From: Candidatus Latescibacterota bacterium
GTDB lineage: Bacteria > Latescibacterota > UBA2968 > UBA8231
Assembly (NCBI GenBank): GCA_965208105.1
Contig: OZ242318.1
Coordinates: 3,488,001-3,552,000, forward strand
DNA: 64,000 nucleotides
Reading direction: 5' to 3'
The first letter of the stretch is position 1, and each line of letters begins with the position of its first letter. The notes under the pieces are model-generated. The model did no database searches. It was not told the origin of the DNA and saw only the letters and a list, made by a program, of their open reading frames with translations. Made by a program: the position numbers and the translations under genes. Shown here piece after piece: positions 20,703 through 32,566 of this stretch.

Positions 20703-22694
20703 GTGAAAATATCGACTATCCTCGACAACATCGATAGCGGTTATATGGCGCTGCCGAAATTCCAGCGCGGGTACGTCTGGAATCGCGACCAAGTGCGCGG
20801 CCTGATGGATTCGCTCTACCGCCGCCATCCGGTTGGGAGCCTGCTTGTATGGGCCACACCAGAGGAGGAGGTGAGTCACCGGGGTGAACAGGATCTTGCT
20901 CCGGGTGTCGTGAGGCTGCTGTTGGACGGCCAGCAGCGGGTGACATCACTCTACGGCATCATCCGCGGGGAGCCACCCGCATTCTTCGACGGCAACGCAA
21001 GGACCTTTACGGGGCTCTACTTCCATCTCCAGGACGAGGAGTTCAGGTTCTATCAGCGGACGCACATGCAAGACGACCCCCTCTGGATCAATGTCTCCGA
21101 GTTGATGAAAGGGGGACACGACGGGTTGGGCGAACAGATTTATCGTCTCGGACGACTCCCGGAGTTCAAGGCCATGTACGGAAAGTTCAACGGTCGCCTG
21201 AATCAGATTCTCGGCATCCGGGACATCGACCTCCACGTGGAGGAAGTGACCGGCCCCGACAAGACGATCGATGTGGTGGTGGACATCTTCAATCGTGTCA
21301 ACAGCGGCGGCACGAAACTCTCGCAGGGAGATCTGGCGCTAGCCAAGATCTGCGGTTCCTGGCCTGAAGGCCGCGAGCGTATGCAATCCATTCTCCAAAG
21401 GTGGCGGGAGAGCGGGTACGACTTCAGTCTCGATTGGCTGCTGAGGAACGTTAACGCCATCGTGACGGGTGAAGCACGGTTCGTGCATCTTCACGAGGTG
21501 CCGACGGCGGCGATTCAGGATGGCCTCGCTCGTGCCGAGCGAGGCATCGACCACGCCTTGAACCTCATCGATGGTCGTTTGGGCCTTGATCATGACCGTG
21601 TTCTCTTCGGCCGTTACGCGTTGCCGGTCATGTCCCGTTACATCGACAAACGCGGTGGCCAATTGGCGGATGTCACCGAGCGGGATCGCCTCCTGTACTG
21701 GTATTTCCAGAGCGCCATGTGGGGCCGATTCTCAAGTGCGAACGAGAGCAAACTCGACCAGGATTACGAGGCCATTCAAGACACCGACGGAGGCATCGGC
21801 CGGCTTCTTGACCAGTTGCGGCTCTGGCGCGGCAGTTTTCGCGTCGAGCCCGCACACTTCCGTAGCTGGGGTCGAGGAGCGCGGTTCTATCCCGTGCTGT
21901 ACGCCTTGACGCGCGTTGGCGACGCCCGAGACTGGGGAACTGGGCTTGCCCTGAAGAGGTCGCTGCTGGGCCGCATGAACACACTCGAAGTTCATCACAT
22001 CTTTCCTAAGGGATTGCTCTACCGGCGCGACTTTCAGAGATCGCAAGTGAACGCCATCGCCAATTTCTGCTTCCTGACCAAGGACACAAATTTGCGGATC
22101 AGGGATCGCCCACCCTCCGAGTACCTTCCTGAGATCGAGGAGCGACATCCGGGTGCGCTCGCCTCGCAGTGGATACCGATGGAGGAGGATCTTTGGCAGA
22201 AGGAGAACTACCTCCGTTTTCTCGAAGAGCGGCAACGCCTGCTCGCACAGGCGGCCAACTCCCTGTTGGGGGAGCTCCTGCACGACGGTGCGACCGAGCA
22301 CGAAGTGGAGATGGCGCCGCCTGTTGAGGTCAGCGTGCCTCAACCCGGACCGGTTCCGGGTGGAATCGAAGATGCTGAGGAAGAGGCGATCCTCATGGAC
22401 TTGAACGAATGGGTCCGGGGAAACGGGCTACCCGAAGGGAAACTGGGATTTGAGCTCTCACACCCTGACACGGGCGATCCGCTTGCCATACTCGATCTGG
22501 CCTGGCCCAACGGGCTCCAGGACAGCTACAGCCAACCGGTGGCGCTCCTGCTCGGAGAAGAGCCGGAGACCCTGCAGATGGCGAACGACCACGGATTCCG
22601 CCACTTCACCAGCGCAGATGCCTTCAAGCGTTACACGGAGGCCGAAGTGCTAATGTTGGCCCCCGAAGGCGAAGCCGCTGCGGCGGGGGGATAG
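20703..22694 (+). CDS. DUF262 + HNH-like (GmrSD-type) restriction protein with extra C-terminal domain
   Basis: PKFQRGYVW, LLDGQQR, FNRVNSGG (DUF262/ParB-like); LEVHHIFP..NAIANFCFL (HNH-like). Confidence 0.85.
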   Translation: MKISTILDNIDSGYMALPKFQRGYVWNRDQVRGLMDSLYRRHPVGSLLVWATPEEEVSHRGEQDLAPGVVRLLLDGQQRVTSLYGIIRGEPPAFFDGNARTFTGLYFHLQDEEFRFYQRTHMQDDPLWINVSELMKGGHDGLGEQIYRLGRLPEFKAMYGKFNGRLNQILGIRDIDLHVEEVTGPDKTIDVVVDIFNRVNSGGTKLSQGDLALAKICGSWPEGRERMQSILQRWRESGYDFSLDWLLRNVNAIVTGEARFVHLHEVPTAAIQDGLARAERGIDHALNLIDGRLGLDHDRVLFGRYALPVMSRYIDKRGGQLADVTERDRLLYWYFQSAMWGRFSSANESKLDQDYEAIQDTDGGIGRLLDQLRLWRGSFRVEPAHFRSWGRGARFYPVLYALTRVGDARDWGTGLALKRSLLGRMNTLEVHHIFPKGLLYRRDFQRSQVNAIANFCFLTKDTNLRIRDRPPSEYLPEIEERHPGALASQWIPMEEDLWQKENYLRFLEERQRLLAQAANSLLGELLHDGATEHEVEMAPPVEVSVPQPGPVPGGIEDAEEEAILMDLNEWVRGNGLPEGKLGFELSHPDTGDPLAILDLAWPNGLQDSYSQPVALLLGEEPETLQMANDHGFRHFTSADAFKRYTEAEVLMLAPEGEAAAAGG

Positions 22695-22829
22695 AGGTTT
22701 TTTCTCTTTTCTGAGGCGGCGTTTCAAGGTCTGGCACATCTGGAGTCCAAAACGGATGGTGAAGAAGGGTGCAAAGGGGTCGTCAGGCGAGTGCACTCGC
22801 CCGAACTCGCAGCAGTCGGAGTCAGCAGA

Positions 22830-23741
22830 ATGCTAGAAAGATTCACAGGACGCGGTGGTCGTCGCCTCGCAATTGAGGCGCTCAGAAGACAACCTGTCAT
22901 AGGCGAAGCCGAGAATCTTGCAGAGACCATCTGCGATAATGCTGAGGTCGTGGGCTTCGCTCCGGGTTCCCCCATAATTGAAGAATCAGCGCCAGACAAC
23001 GACATCTACTTCATCTTGGCCGGGGTTGTCTCAATCCGAGTGGTTGGCAGAGAGATTGCGGTTAGGACTGCAGGACACCACATCGGTGAAATGGCAGTAT
23101 TGGATCCTGGACAGCCACGGTCCGCATCCGCGGTCGCTGAGGGAGAGGTTGTCACCGCACGTGTTTCCGCAGGGGCGTTCAGCGAACTGGCTGAGGCCAA
23201 CCCTCGACTATGGCGGAACATAGCTCGTGAGTTGGCTGAACGTCTTCGACAACGGAACCGCTTCATCTCCCCGGTGAATCCCCGGCCTGTCTTGTTTCTG
23301 GGCTGTTCGACAGAGTCGCTTCCCATCGCTCGCGCGATCCAATCGGCACTCGAGCACGACCCGATAGTAGTCAAAGTCTGGACAGATGACATCTTCGAGG
23401 CATCGAACTTCCCAATCGAGTCCTTGGAGCGGGAGTTGCCGAAGGTGGATTTTGCGGCACTTGTCCTGTCCCCGGACGATAGAGTGGTCAGCCGAAATGA
23501 AGCAAGTGACGCGCCAAGAGACAACATCGTGTTTGAATTGGGACTTTTCATGGGGGCTCTGGGCCGCGCCCGTACGTTCCTGATCTACCCACACGGTGTC
23601 GATGTCAAGATTCCGACAGACCTTGAAGGGATAATACCCCTCACCTACAACCCAAGCCCGCAGTGCGAGGTTGACGCTACTGCCGTAGCGTCAGCAGGTA
23701 ATCGATTGAGAAACCAGATACTGTCAGTTGGATGTCGTTGA
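22830..23741 (+). CDS. pycTIR: Pycsar effector: cNMP-binding domain + TIR NADase domain
   Basis: cNMP-binding IGEMAVLD..PRSASA; TIR LFLGCS..DFAALVLSPDD..PRDNIVFELGLFMG; adjacent to a cyclase. Confidence 0.88.
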   Translation: MLERFTGRGGRRLAIEALRRQPVIGEAENLAETICDNAEVVGFAPGSPIIEESAPDNDIYFILAGVVSIRVVGREIAVRTAGHHIGEMAVLDPGQPRSASAVAEGEVVTARVSAGAFSELAEANPRLWRNIARELAERLRQRNRFISPVNPRPVLFLGCSTESLPIARAIQSALEHDPIVVKVWTDDIFEASNFPIESLERELPKVDFAALVLSPDDRVVSRNEASDAPRDNIVFELGLFMGALGRARTFLIYPHGVDVKIPTDLEGIIPLTYNPSPQCEVDATAVASAGNRLRNQILSVGCR

Positions 23742-23764
23742 AACCCGGCGAAGGAGATTAGAAA

Positions 23765-24460
23765 GTGGGGCTCGGAGATGACCTCAATTCAGAAGTGCAT
23801 AAAGTCCTCCAAGAGAAATGGTCTGCACGGGCCGGTCGATCTGTCCCGGAATCAGACGGCCTGAAGCTAGACAATGATGCCGTCACCCTGAAAGGTACAG
23901 TCCTCTATGCAGATCTCGACAACTCGACGAATCTGGTAGATACTAAGAATCCTCGGTTCTCGGCAAAGATCTACAAATGCTACTTGGCATGCTGTGCAAG
24001 GATTATCCGTTCAGAGGGTGGGGTAATCACCTCATACGATGGGGACCGCATTATGGCGGTGTTTATTGGCAAGACAAAGAACAGTAACGCCGCACGCACT
24101 GCTCTCAAGATCAACTACGCAGTAAGAGAGATCATCAATTCCGCGATCCGGGATCAGTACCCCAAAAGTAGCTATTCGGTAAGGCACGTAGTCGGTATCG
24201 ACACCAGTGAGCTTTTCGTGGCACGCACGGGCATCCGGGGCGCCAATGACCTCGTCTGGGTTGGGCGCGCTGCAAACTATGCGGCCAAATTGTCAGCACG
24301 GTCAGGGCCTGCTACACAGATTACTGCTGACGTATACGGGATGCTCTGTGAAAGCTCGAAGCTCAGCGGGGCCGGGAAGGAAAATATGTGGACCCTAACA
24401 ACTGCCCCAGAAATCGGAGACAAGACAATCTATACTTCATCCTGGTGGTGGCGACTGTAG
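23765..24460 (+). CDS. pycC: Pycsar pyrimidine cyclase (class III nucleotide cyclase)
   Basis: TVLYADLD.ST, YDGDRIMAVF, HVVGIDTS, GIRG.NDLVWVGRAANYAAKL, as recalled for the Burkholderia-type uridylate cyclase PycC. Confidence 0.9.
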   Translation: MGLGDDLNSEVHKVLQEKWSARAGRSVPESDGLKLDNDAVTLKGTVLYADLDNSTNLVDTKNPRFSAKIYKCYLACCARIIRSEGGVITSYDGDRIMAVFIGKTKNSNAARTALKINYAVREIINSAIRDQYPKSSYSVRHVVGIDTSELFVARTGIRGANDLVWVGRAANYAAKLSARSGPATQITADVYGMLCESSKLSGAGKENMWTLTTAPEIGDKTIYTSSWWWRL

Positions 24461-24582
24461 ACGAGCATGGAGTCAATCCCCACGCTTCACAATCTCAAGA
24501 GTGGTGGTCTCTGGATGCCCGTTCCCTTGAACGTGATTGCATCCTTGCATCCTGCCGAGGAAGCCGGTTGAGGAGCCGCTGA

Positions 24583-24837
24583 ATGTCCCTGGTACATCCC
24601 GGCGAGATTCTGCGGGAGGAGATGCACGAGCGCAGCCTCTCAGCCAACGCACTGTCCCAAGCGCTCGACATCCCCGTAAACCGTATAACTGCCATCCTAA
24701 ACGGGCATCAGGGTGTCACGCAAAACATCGCACGCCGCCTGTCGCGGTACTTCGGGACAACGCCAGACTTCTGGCTCAATCTGCAGAAGACCGGGGAGTT
24801 TCGCCGCGCCGGGACCGGAGCGAGATACCTGCCCTGA
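24583..24837 (+). CDS. higA: HigA-family antitoxin, orphan and possibly C-terminally truncated
   Basis: VHPGEILREE..LSANAL..IPVNRITAILNG..FGTTPDFWLNLQ. Confidence 0.8.
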   Translation: MSLVHPGEILREEMHERSLSANALSQALDIPVNRITAILNGHQGVTQNIARRLSRYFGTTPDFWLNLQKTGEFRRAGTGARYLP

Positions 24838-24852
24838 CAGACAGATTCCGAC

Positions 24853-26763
<1,911 letters not shown>

Positions 26764-27045
26764 GGGGCGGTACCTGGCTGAGCGGAGTGATCGAAAGGAC
26801 CGGCAAACAGAACGGGATGTTGCCCTCCACATCGAGGAATCCCAATGGATGGGACCGCCCGCCATCCGCATGGCTCCTACGAAGGCCGGAGTGCTAACGG
26901 TCGGGACATGACGCCTTCGTACGGGCAATGTCCTCTGTCCAACAAACTAACGCCTTGATTGGGGTTATCCTATGGAGTCCTCACCACTAGAAGGATTGCC
27001 ATTCATGCCCAAGTATCGCAACTGCTTCTACGGAGTCGGCACGCG

Positions 27046-30000
27046 ATGACCGAACCTCCTACACCGCACGTCCCTGCCGATCTTCGTCTGTACTTGGACA
27101 CGATTGCGGACCGGTTGCTCTCTGGGCACGCAGCCGTCATGGTCGGGTCCGGCTTCAGCAAGAACGCTGCACCGACTGGCTCTCATCCTGGATTCCCCGA
27201 TTGGTCTCGATTGGGCGACCGCCTCTTCGAGAAGCTCCACGGCCACCCCCCAGGACCCAACGAGAGATATCTTCAGGTTCCCGCGCTGGCGCACCAGGTC
27301 GAGGCCGCCTTTGGCCGGCCCGCCCTCGACCAGATGCTGCGGGACTCCATCCCTGACCTGCAACATGAACCCTCGCAACTCCACGAGGATCTGCTTGACC
27401 TCCCTTGGTCCGACGTTTTCACTACGAACTACGACACCCTTCTCGAACGCGCCCGTCGATCAGTCATTTCCCAACGGTTCGATGTCGTGCTCAAGCCCGA
27501 CGACCTCGGACACTCCAATCGCCCCCGCATCGTCAAGCTGCATGGCAGCCTGCCGTCCGACCGCCCGTTCATCGTCACCGACGAGGACTACCGGAGATAT
27601 CCCCACCAATTCGCTCCCTTCGTGAACGCGGTTCGCCAAGCCCTGCTTGAGAACACGCTCTGCCTACTCGGGTTCTCCGGCGACGACCCAAACTTCCTGC
27701 AATGGGTCGGATGGATCCACGACCATCTCGGCCACCGCAATTCGCCCAAGATGTACCTCGTCGGCCTGCTTCAGCTTTCCCCTTCCCAGAAAACGCTTCT
27801 TGAACGCCGTAACATCACTCCAGTCGACATGTCTGCGTGTCCCGGCATCGGCAATGATCACTATCAGGCCCTCGACTTGTTTCTCCGCTATCTCCACTCT
27901 CGCCAAATCGCAGACAATCAACTCGACTGGCCATTCAGGGCCGACGACCAGCCTACATCGCCTGATAGTAAGGAGCCCCGGGAGATCGTCGAGATATGGA
28001 CCGCCCAGCGTCGACGATATCCCGGGTGGATGGTTCTTCCCGAAGACCTGCGTTCGTCACTCTGGCTCCAGACCGACGATTGGCTCCGAGGCCCGCCCTC
28101 CGCAGATGCCCTTCCCCCGGTTCTCGACCTCGAGTTCGCCTTTGAACTCGTGTGGCGCATGGAAAGATGCCTTTGCCCGATCCTTGACAATCAAATCCCC
28201 TTCTTTGAGGAAACGATAGATCGCTACTGGTTGGCTACCAACTCCGCCGCTTCGCTCGACTCGCTGTCTCTCGGTGGGAACGAGGTCGACGCCCGAGGGC
28301 TTACCCTGGACGCCATCCGACACCGCTGCCACTACCTCCTCCTTGCCATGCTGCGTCGTTACCGCGAAGAGGGGCACACCGCCAAATGGGATGACACCTG
28401 CCAGAGGATTCAGGCAGTTCTGCCAATCCTCTCTCCAGAGCACGCGGCGTGGTTCCACTATGAGCGGGCACTATTCTCCTTGTTCGCCCTAAATCTCGAA
28501 CAGCTCAAGACCCGCCTCGCCGAATGGCCGCGCAACGACGCACTTCCATTCTGGGCCGCGAAAAAGGCGGGCTTGCTCGCGGAGATCGGTGAGGTGAACG
28601 AAGCCCGGCAAATTCTGGAGCAGTCATTGGACACGATTCGAGTAAAGTTGAACCTCACCCCCACGGGGAAAGACTACACCTTGGTGTCCCAAGAGGCCTT
28701 CGTGATGTACCTGCTCCAGGCGGTGCGACAGTCATCCATCCTTGAAGAGCCGGACCAATCCGAATCTCACCGTCAGCGACGGGAGTTCCGAGAGCGTTGG
28801 CATGTTCTTAAGCAGTACAAGTGCGACCCTTGGCAGGAGATCGCGACCTTCAAACACAAACTGCAGCGCCCTCCTGCAATAACGCCCGACGTTACTGAGG
28901 AGCCCACGTTCGATATAGGGAGGTCCATACAAACACACCATATTCAAGCCTGGAACGAGGAAGCCTTGGCCGCATACAACTTCCTGCGGTTCTGCGAAGA
29001 TGCCGGCATCCCATTCCGGGTGTCCAACTATATGATTGCCACAAAGAGCGCCGAAGGAATACTGACGCGTATCTCTGAGTATTCGTCATTTTGGGCACTG
29101 GCAACCCTTGTGAGAATCAATGACGCCAAAGCTGTCGACAAGATCTTCCACCGGGCCTCTCTTGCGCGAATGAATACGCCGTCTGTCGACCGTCTCATCG
29201 ACCGTTACCTGGAGTCCCTTAGGCTCGCACTCCCAGACATCGCCACAGGGGGCCGCCGGCCCGGTGCCACTTTCGGCACGGTATTAGCCCAAGTTCTGCC
29301 GGAGATCCTTTCGCGGTTGTGTTGCAAGTGTTCACGAGACGCCAGGGAGATGCTCCTCGACTGGCTTCTGGAAGTTTACCGGTCAAATCCCAGGCCGAAC
29401 TACCAAGGCATAAAAAACGTAATGAGTAGGCTTCTCGAAGCACTCCCGGTGACTGAGCGTGTCGCCATAGTACCGAAACTTCTCCAGTTTCCCATTCTGT
29501 CGGAACTTAACGCGCTTGAAGAAGGGGAATACCTGAATCCGTTTGAATTTCTCGATCTCCCCGAGGACTTGATCGACGAAGTCACGATGTCGGACACGCA
29601 GCTTGACCTTTTTTTCGACGGAGCGTCCTCCGACAAGCCTTCCGTACGGAGATGGGCGATATCTACGCTCGATAAGTTGCATTCCGGGGGACTGCTGGAC
29701 CACGCTGCGTCACAACGGTTCTGCGAAGCCCTGTGGAGTCGAGTCGACGAGCACGGTCTGCCTTCGGATACTAATTACTATCGATTTGCCTTTTTGTCTC
29801 TGCCGCATCCGAAAGAAGTTGACCCGGTTGAGGGCTTCATTCGATATGTGCGGGCAGCGCAGTTTCCCGCTCAGGAGAACCAAACGCAAACCACGATCGG
29901 AATTGACGCGAACGGCAAGGTGCCCCTTTGTCATGACATTTGCTCGGCGAAGGACATCCCGTGGTCCGGGGATGATGTTCACTCCATCGTACACCGTCTC

Positions 30001-30792
30001 GTACAGTGGTGGGACAACGACAAGGCACACTTGCTTCGGGTTCAGGGGTACGGGCTGTTTGCAGGTATTGACAATAATCTTAGAAAGGGACTGTCGGATT
30101 TGGTGATGACGCTCGCGACGATGGTTGTGAGATATCCTGATTCAGTACGAGACGAGAACATTCGGGATGTAGTGACACGGGTTGCGAAGGAGTGCTCCGG
30201 GTACGGCGTGCTAGCGCTGCCCCTAGAGGTCGCCTGCTCGTACGTCTTAGCCGCTTCACCCGATTCTGTGTTGCGACGTGTAGTGGACGCGATGGACTCG
30301 ACCTCCAAGAGCACCGTCATAGATGCCCTTAAGGCCTTGGCCTTGGTCTCGGATCGGACTGGGTCCGAATCAGACGGGGAGGATCTGATCCAGCTGCTCC
30401 GAGCGGTCGGCCAGATGATTCGATGGCGGCGGGCAACAGCCTTGTGGATGACCATGGAGGTGGTGGGAAACGTTGTGAAAAAGCATACTTGGGCGTTCGT
30501 CGATGACGTCGAGAACGGGGTGCTAACGGGGCTTAAGCATCTGGTGACGGAAACGGTGGTGGAGGGGAAGAACGAGGGGGGAATTCAGGCGAACACCGGT
30601 TCGGAGGACGTATCGTGGAAGCTGTTGGTGAGGCGGGCTTCCGCGAGACTTTCGTACAGACTTTTCGAACATTATCGATCAGTCGGGGAAGCAGTCCCCG
30701 AGATAATAAGGGCTTGGGAGACAGTCTGCCGGTCGGAGGATGAGTTCTGGGAAATCAGGAACCAATGGCTTGCCCCCCAGAGTCCGGGGTGA
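27046..30792 (+). CDS. dsr1: Defence-associated sirtuin, Dsr1-like (SIR2 domain + long helical C-terminus)
   Basis: AAVMVGSGFS, TTNYDTLLE, KLHGS, GFSGDDPNF; about 1250 aa; defence-island context. Confidence 0.78.
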   Translation: MTEPPTPHVPADLRLYLDTIADRLLSGHAAVMVGSGFSKNAAPTGSHPGFPDWSRLGDRLFEKLHGHPPGPNERYLQVPALAHQVEAAFGRPALDQMLRDSIPDLQHEPSQLHEDLLDLPWSDVFTTNYDTLLERARRSVISQRFDVVLKPDDLGHSNRPRIVKLHGSLPSDRPFIVTDEDYRRYPHQFAPFVNAVRQALLENTLCLLGFSGDDPNFLQWVGWIHDHLGHRNSPKMYLVGLLQLSPSQKTLLERRNITPVDMSACPGIGNDHYQALDLFLRYLHSRQIADNQLDWPFRADDQPTSPDSKEPREIVEIWTAQRRRYPGWMVLPEDLRSSLWLQTDDWLRGPPSADALPPVLDLEFAFELVWRMERCLCPILDNQIPFFEETIDRYWLATNSAASLDSLSLGGNEVDARGLTLDAIRHRCHYLLLAMLRRYREEGHTAKWDDTCQRIQAVLPILSPEHAAWFHYERALFSLFALNLEQLKTRLAEWPRNDALPFWAAKKAGLLAEIGEVNEARQILEQSLDTIRVKLNLTPTGKDYTLVSQEAFVMYLLQAVRQSSILEEPDQSESHRQRREFRERWHVLKQYKCDPWQEIATFKHKLQRPPAITPDVTEEPTFDIGRSIQTHHIQAWNEEALAAYNFLRFCEDAGIPFRVSNYMIATKSAEGILTRISEYSSFWALATLVRINDAKAVDKIFHRASLARMNTPSVDRLIDRYLESLRLALPDIATGGRRPGATFGTVLAQVLPEILSRLCCKCSRDAREMLLDWLLEVYRSNPRPNYQGIKNVMSRLLEALPVTERVAIVPKLLQFPILSELNALEEGEYLNPFEFLDLPEDLIDEVTMSDTQLDLFFDGASSDKPSVRRWAISTLDKLHSGGLLDHAASQRFCEALWSRVDEHGLPSDTNYYRFAFLSLPHPKEVDPVEGFIRYVRAAQFPAQENQTQTTIGIDANGKVPLCHDICSAKDIPWSGDDVHSIVHRLVQWWDNDKAHLLRVQGYGLFAGIDNNLRKGLSDLVMTLATMVVRYPDSVRDENIRDVVTRVAKECSGYGVLALPLEVACSYVLAASPDSVLRRVVDAMDSTSKSTVIDALKALALVSDRTGSESDGEDLIQLLRAVGQMIRWRRATALWMTMEVVGNVVKKHTWAFVDDVENGVLTGLKHLVTETVVEGKNEGGIQANTGSEDVSWKLLVRRASARLSYRLFEHYRSVGEAVPEIIRAWETVCRSEDEFWEIRNQWLAPQSPG

Positions 30793-30833
30793 TGGGTCAT
30801 TGGGCCTATCGTCGGCCGCTGTCGCCCGGGCAC

Positions 30834-30941
30834 ATCGAGGTCGCGGAATCGGTCCGGAAGCTCCGAGAGTTAGAGTGGGAGCGGCCGACGGCCGAGGCGA
30901 CGGTGAATCGGTATCTGGAGGAGTTGGAGTATGACGCCTGA
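30834..30941 (+). repeat. Diverged duplicate of the last 108 bp of hsdM (26656-26763)
   Basis: IEVAESVRKLRELEWERPTAEATVNRYLEELEYDA* versus IDVGEAVRKLRELEGERAEAEATMNRYLAELGYDA*; 22 mismatches in 108 nt by hand count, no indels. Confidence 0.9.
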
Positions 30942-32175
30942 AGGTTGGGCCGAGACCGCGTTGGAACAGGTGGCTGAAGTGGCGATCGGTAAGACGCCCG
31001 CCCGCAATGAGAAGTCATTCTGGGATCCAGGAAAAACAACGCAGAATCGATGGGCGACGATCGGGGATATACAGAGTAGGTATATCAGGGAAACCTCCGA
31101 ACATATCTCCGACCTTGGAGTTCAGCACTCAAACGCGAGGCTCGTTCCGGCTGGCACTCTGTTGATGAGCTTCAAGCTTACCCTCGGGCGAGCTGCGATC
31201 ACCTCGAAGCCCATGTATACGAACGAGGCAATAGCAGCGTTCTACCCAAGTGGTAAGGCCACGACGGAATATCTCTACTACCTCCTCCCAACCCTCGCGC
31301 TAGAGGAATCTTCCGATCATGCGGTAAAGGGACGGACCCTGAACAAAGCGAAGCTTCGAGCTCTCAGACTTGCCCTGCCCCCGCTCCCCGAGCAGCGCAA
31401 GATTGCCGCCATCCTCTCCTAGGTGGACGACGCCATCGAGAAGACCCAGGAGGTCATCGACCAGGTGCAGGTCGTCAAGCGCGGCCTGATGCAGGAGCTG
31501 CTCACGCGGGGCCTGCCGGGCAGGCACACGCGGTTCAAGCAAACCGAGATTGGGAAAATACCGGAGGAATGGGAAGTCCGTGAGCTTTCTGACCTATGCC
31601 ACCGGACGTTCGTTGGTATCGCTCAAGCCGCAACACATGCGTATGCGGAACAAGGTGTTCCCATCGTCCGTACAACGAACGTCCGAGAGAATGGTCTGGA
31701 TATGGACAGCCTGCTGCGCATCACCGAGGAATTCGCTGGGGAGATGAAGGGGAAGACACTTTGCGCGGGGGATGTATTGACGGCAAGAACCGGCTATCCC
31801 GGAACATCCGTCGTCGTGCCTGAATCCTTGGCCGGTGGGCAATGCTTCACCCTACTCGTCTCTCGTCCTGGACCGCGACTTCGGTCGAGATTCTTGTGTC
31901 ATACGATGAACTCCGACATCGGCAGCCGGATCGTAAATCGTGGACAAGCCGGAGGAGCCCAGCAGAATCTCAACGTATCGGTTTTCAAGAAGGCGCAGTT
32001 GGGAGTGCCCTCGCTCGAAGAACAAGATGCAATCTGCGACGTGCTTGATGCTTGTTACGGTTTGGTGGATCGGGAGGAAAACCAGAAGGAAGCGCTCTGC
32101 GCTATCAAGTCTTCTCTCATGCCCGTCCTCCTCACCGGCGAGCTCCGCGTCAGCCCGGACATCGAAGTCGCATGA
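30931..32175 (+). pseudogene. hsdS: Type I R-M specificity subunit interrupted by an in-frame TAG (31420-31422); two ORFs, 30931-31422 and 31423-32175
   Basis: TRD1 + PPLPEQRKIAAILS*VDDAIEKT..KRGLMQELLTRG + TRD2 + PSLEEQ..LMPVLLTGELRV. Confidence 0.9.
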
Positions 32176-32212
32176 CCTCCAGACCAGCCGCTGAGACGGC
32201 TCCACCACGCCG
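32172..32212 (+). repeat. Degenerate copy of the hsdR 5' end overlapping the hsdS stop
   Basis: ATGACCTCCAGACCAGCCG-CTGAGACG-GCTCCACCACGC versus hsdR ATGACCTCCAAGGCAACCGGCTGGGACGAACTCCACCTCGC at 34700. Confidence 0.7.
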
Positions 32213-32406
32213 GGTGCGACGCGAGCGGGCAGGTGTCGGGGGGACAGTTCTAGCCGCGCCCCGCGAGAGCCGGGCAGGGTAGTGGTCGCAAATGACGCCA
32301 CGCACCTCCACCCAATTCGAGTTACTCATCGGTATAACTCAGCCAAGGAGGAGGAGGGATAAGGACTACCCCTACTCACATTCTCTTGTGAAAGGAGATC
32401 GAAAAA

Positions 32407-32556
32407 ATGGCAGAATCGAAAACGGTTAGGGCGCTCAGGGAACAACTCGCTGATACTCAGGAACAGCTGAAAAGGTGCCAAACCGTCAGCAAGGGTAGGA
32501 TGACAAAGTTGAGAAATGCAAGAGCTGAGATCAAAAGACTGAAACTGGAGCGTTAA
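32407..32556 (+). CDS. Small 49-aa coiled-coil protein (below the ORF-track cutoff)
   Basis: MAESKTVRALREQLADTQEQLKRCQTVSKGRMTKLRNARAEIKRLKLER*; AAAGGAG RBS. Confidence 0.6.
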   Translation: MAESKTVRALREQLADTQEQLKRCQTVSKGRMTKLRNARAEIKRLKLER

Positions 32557-32566
32557 GCTACCGCTG

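Noticed and set aside
22830-23741. CBASS or Thoeris assignment for the TIR protein
   Set aside because: The neighbour is a class III cyclase, not a CD-NTase or ThsA, and the TIR is fused to a cNMP-binding domain, which fits Pycsar.
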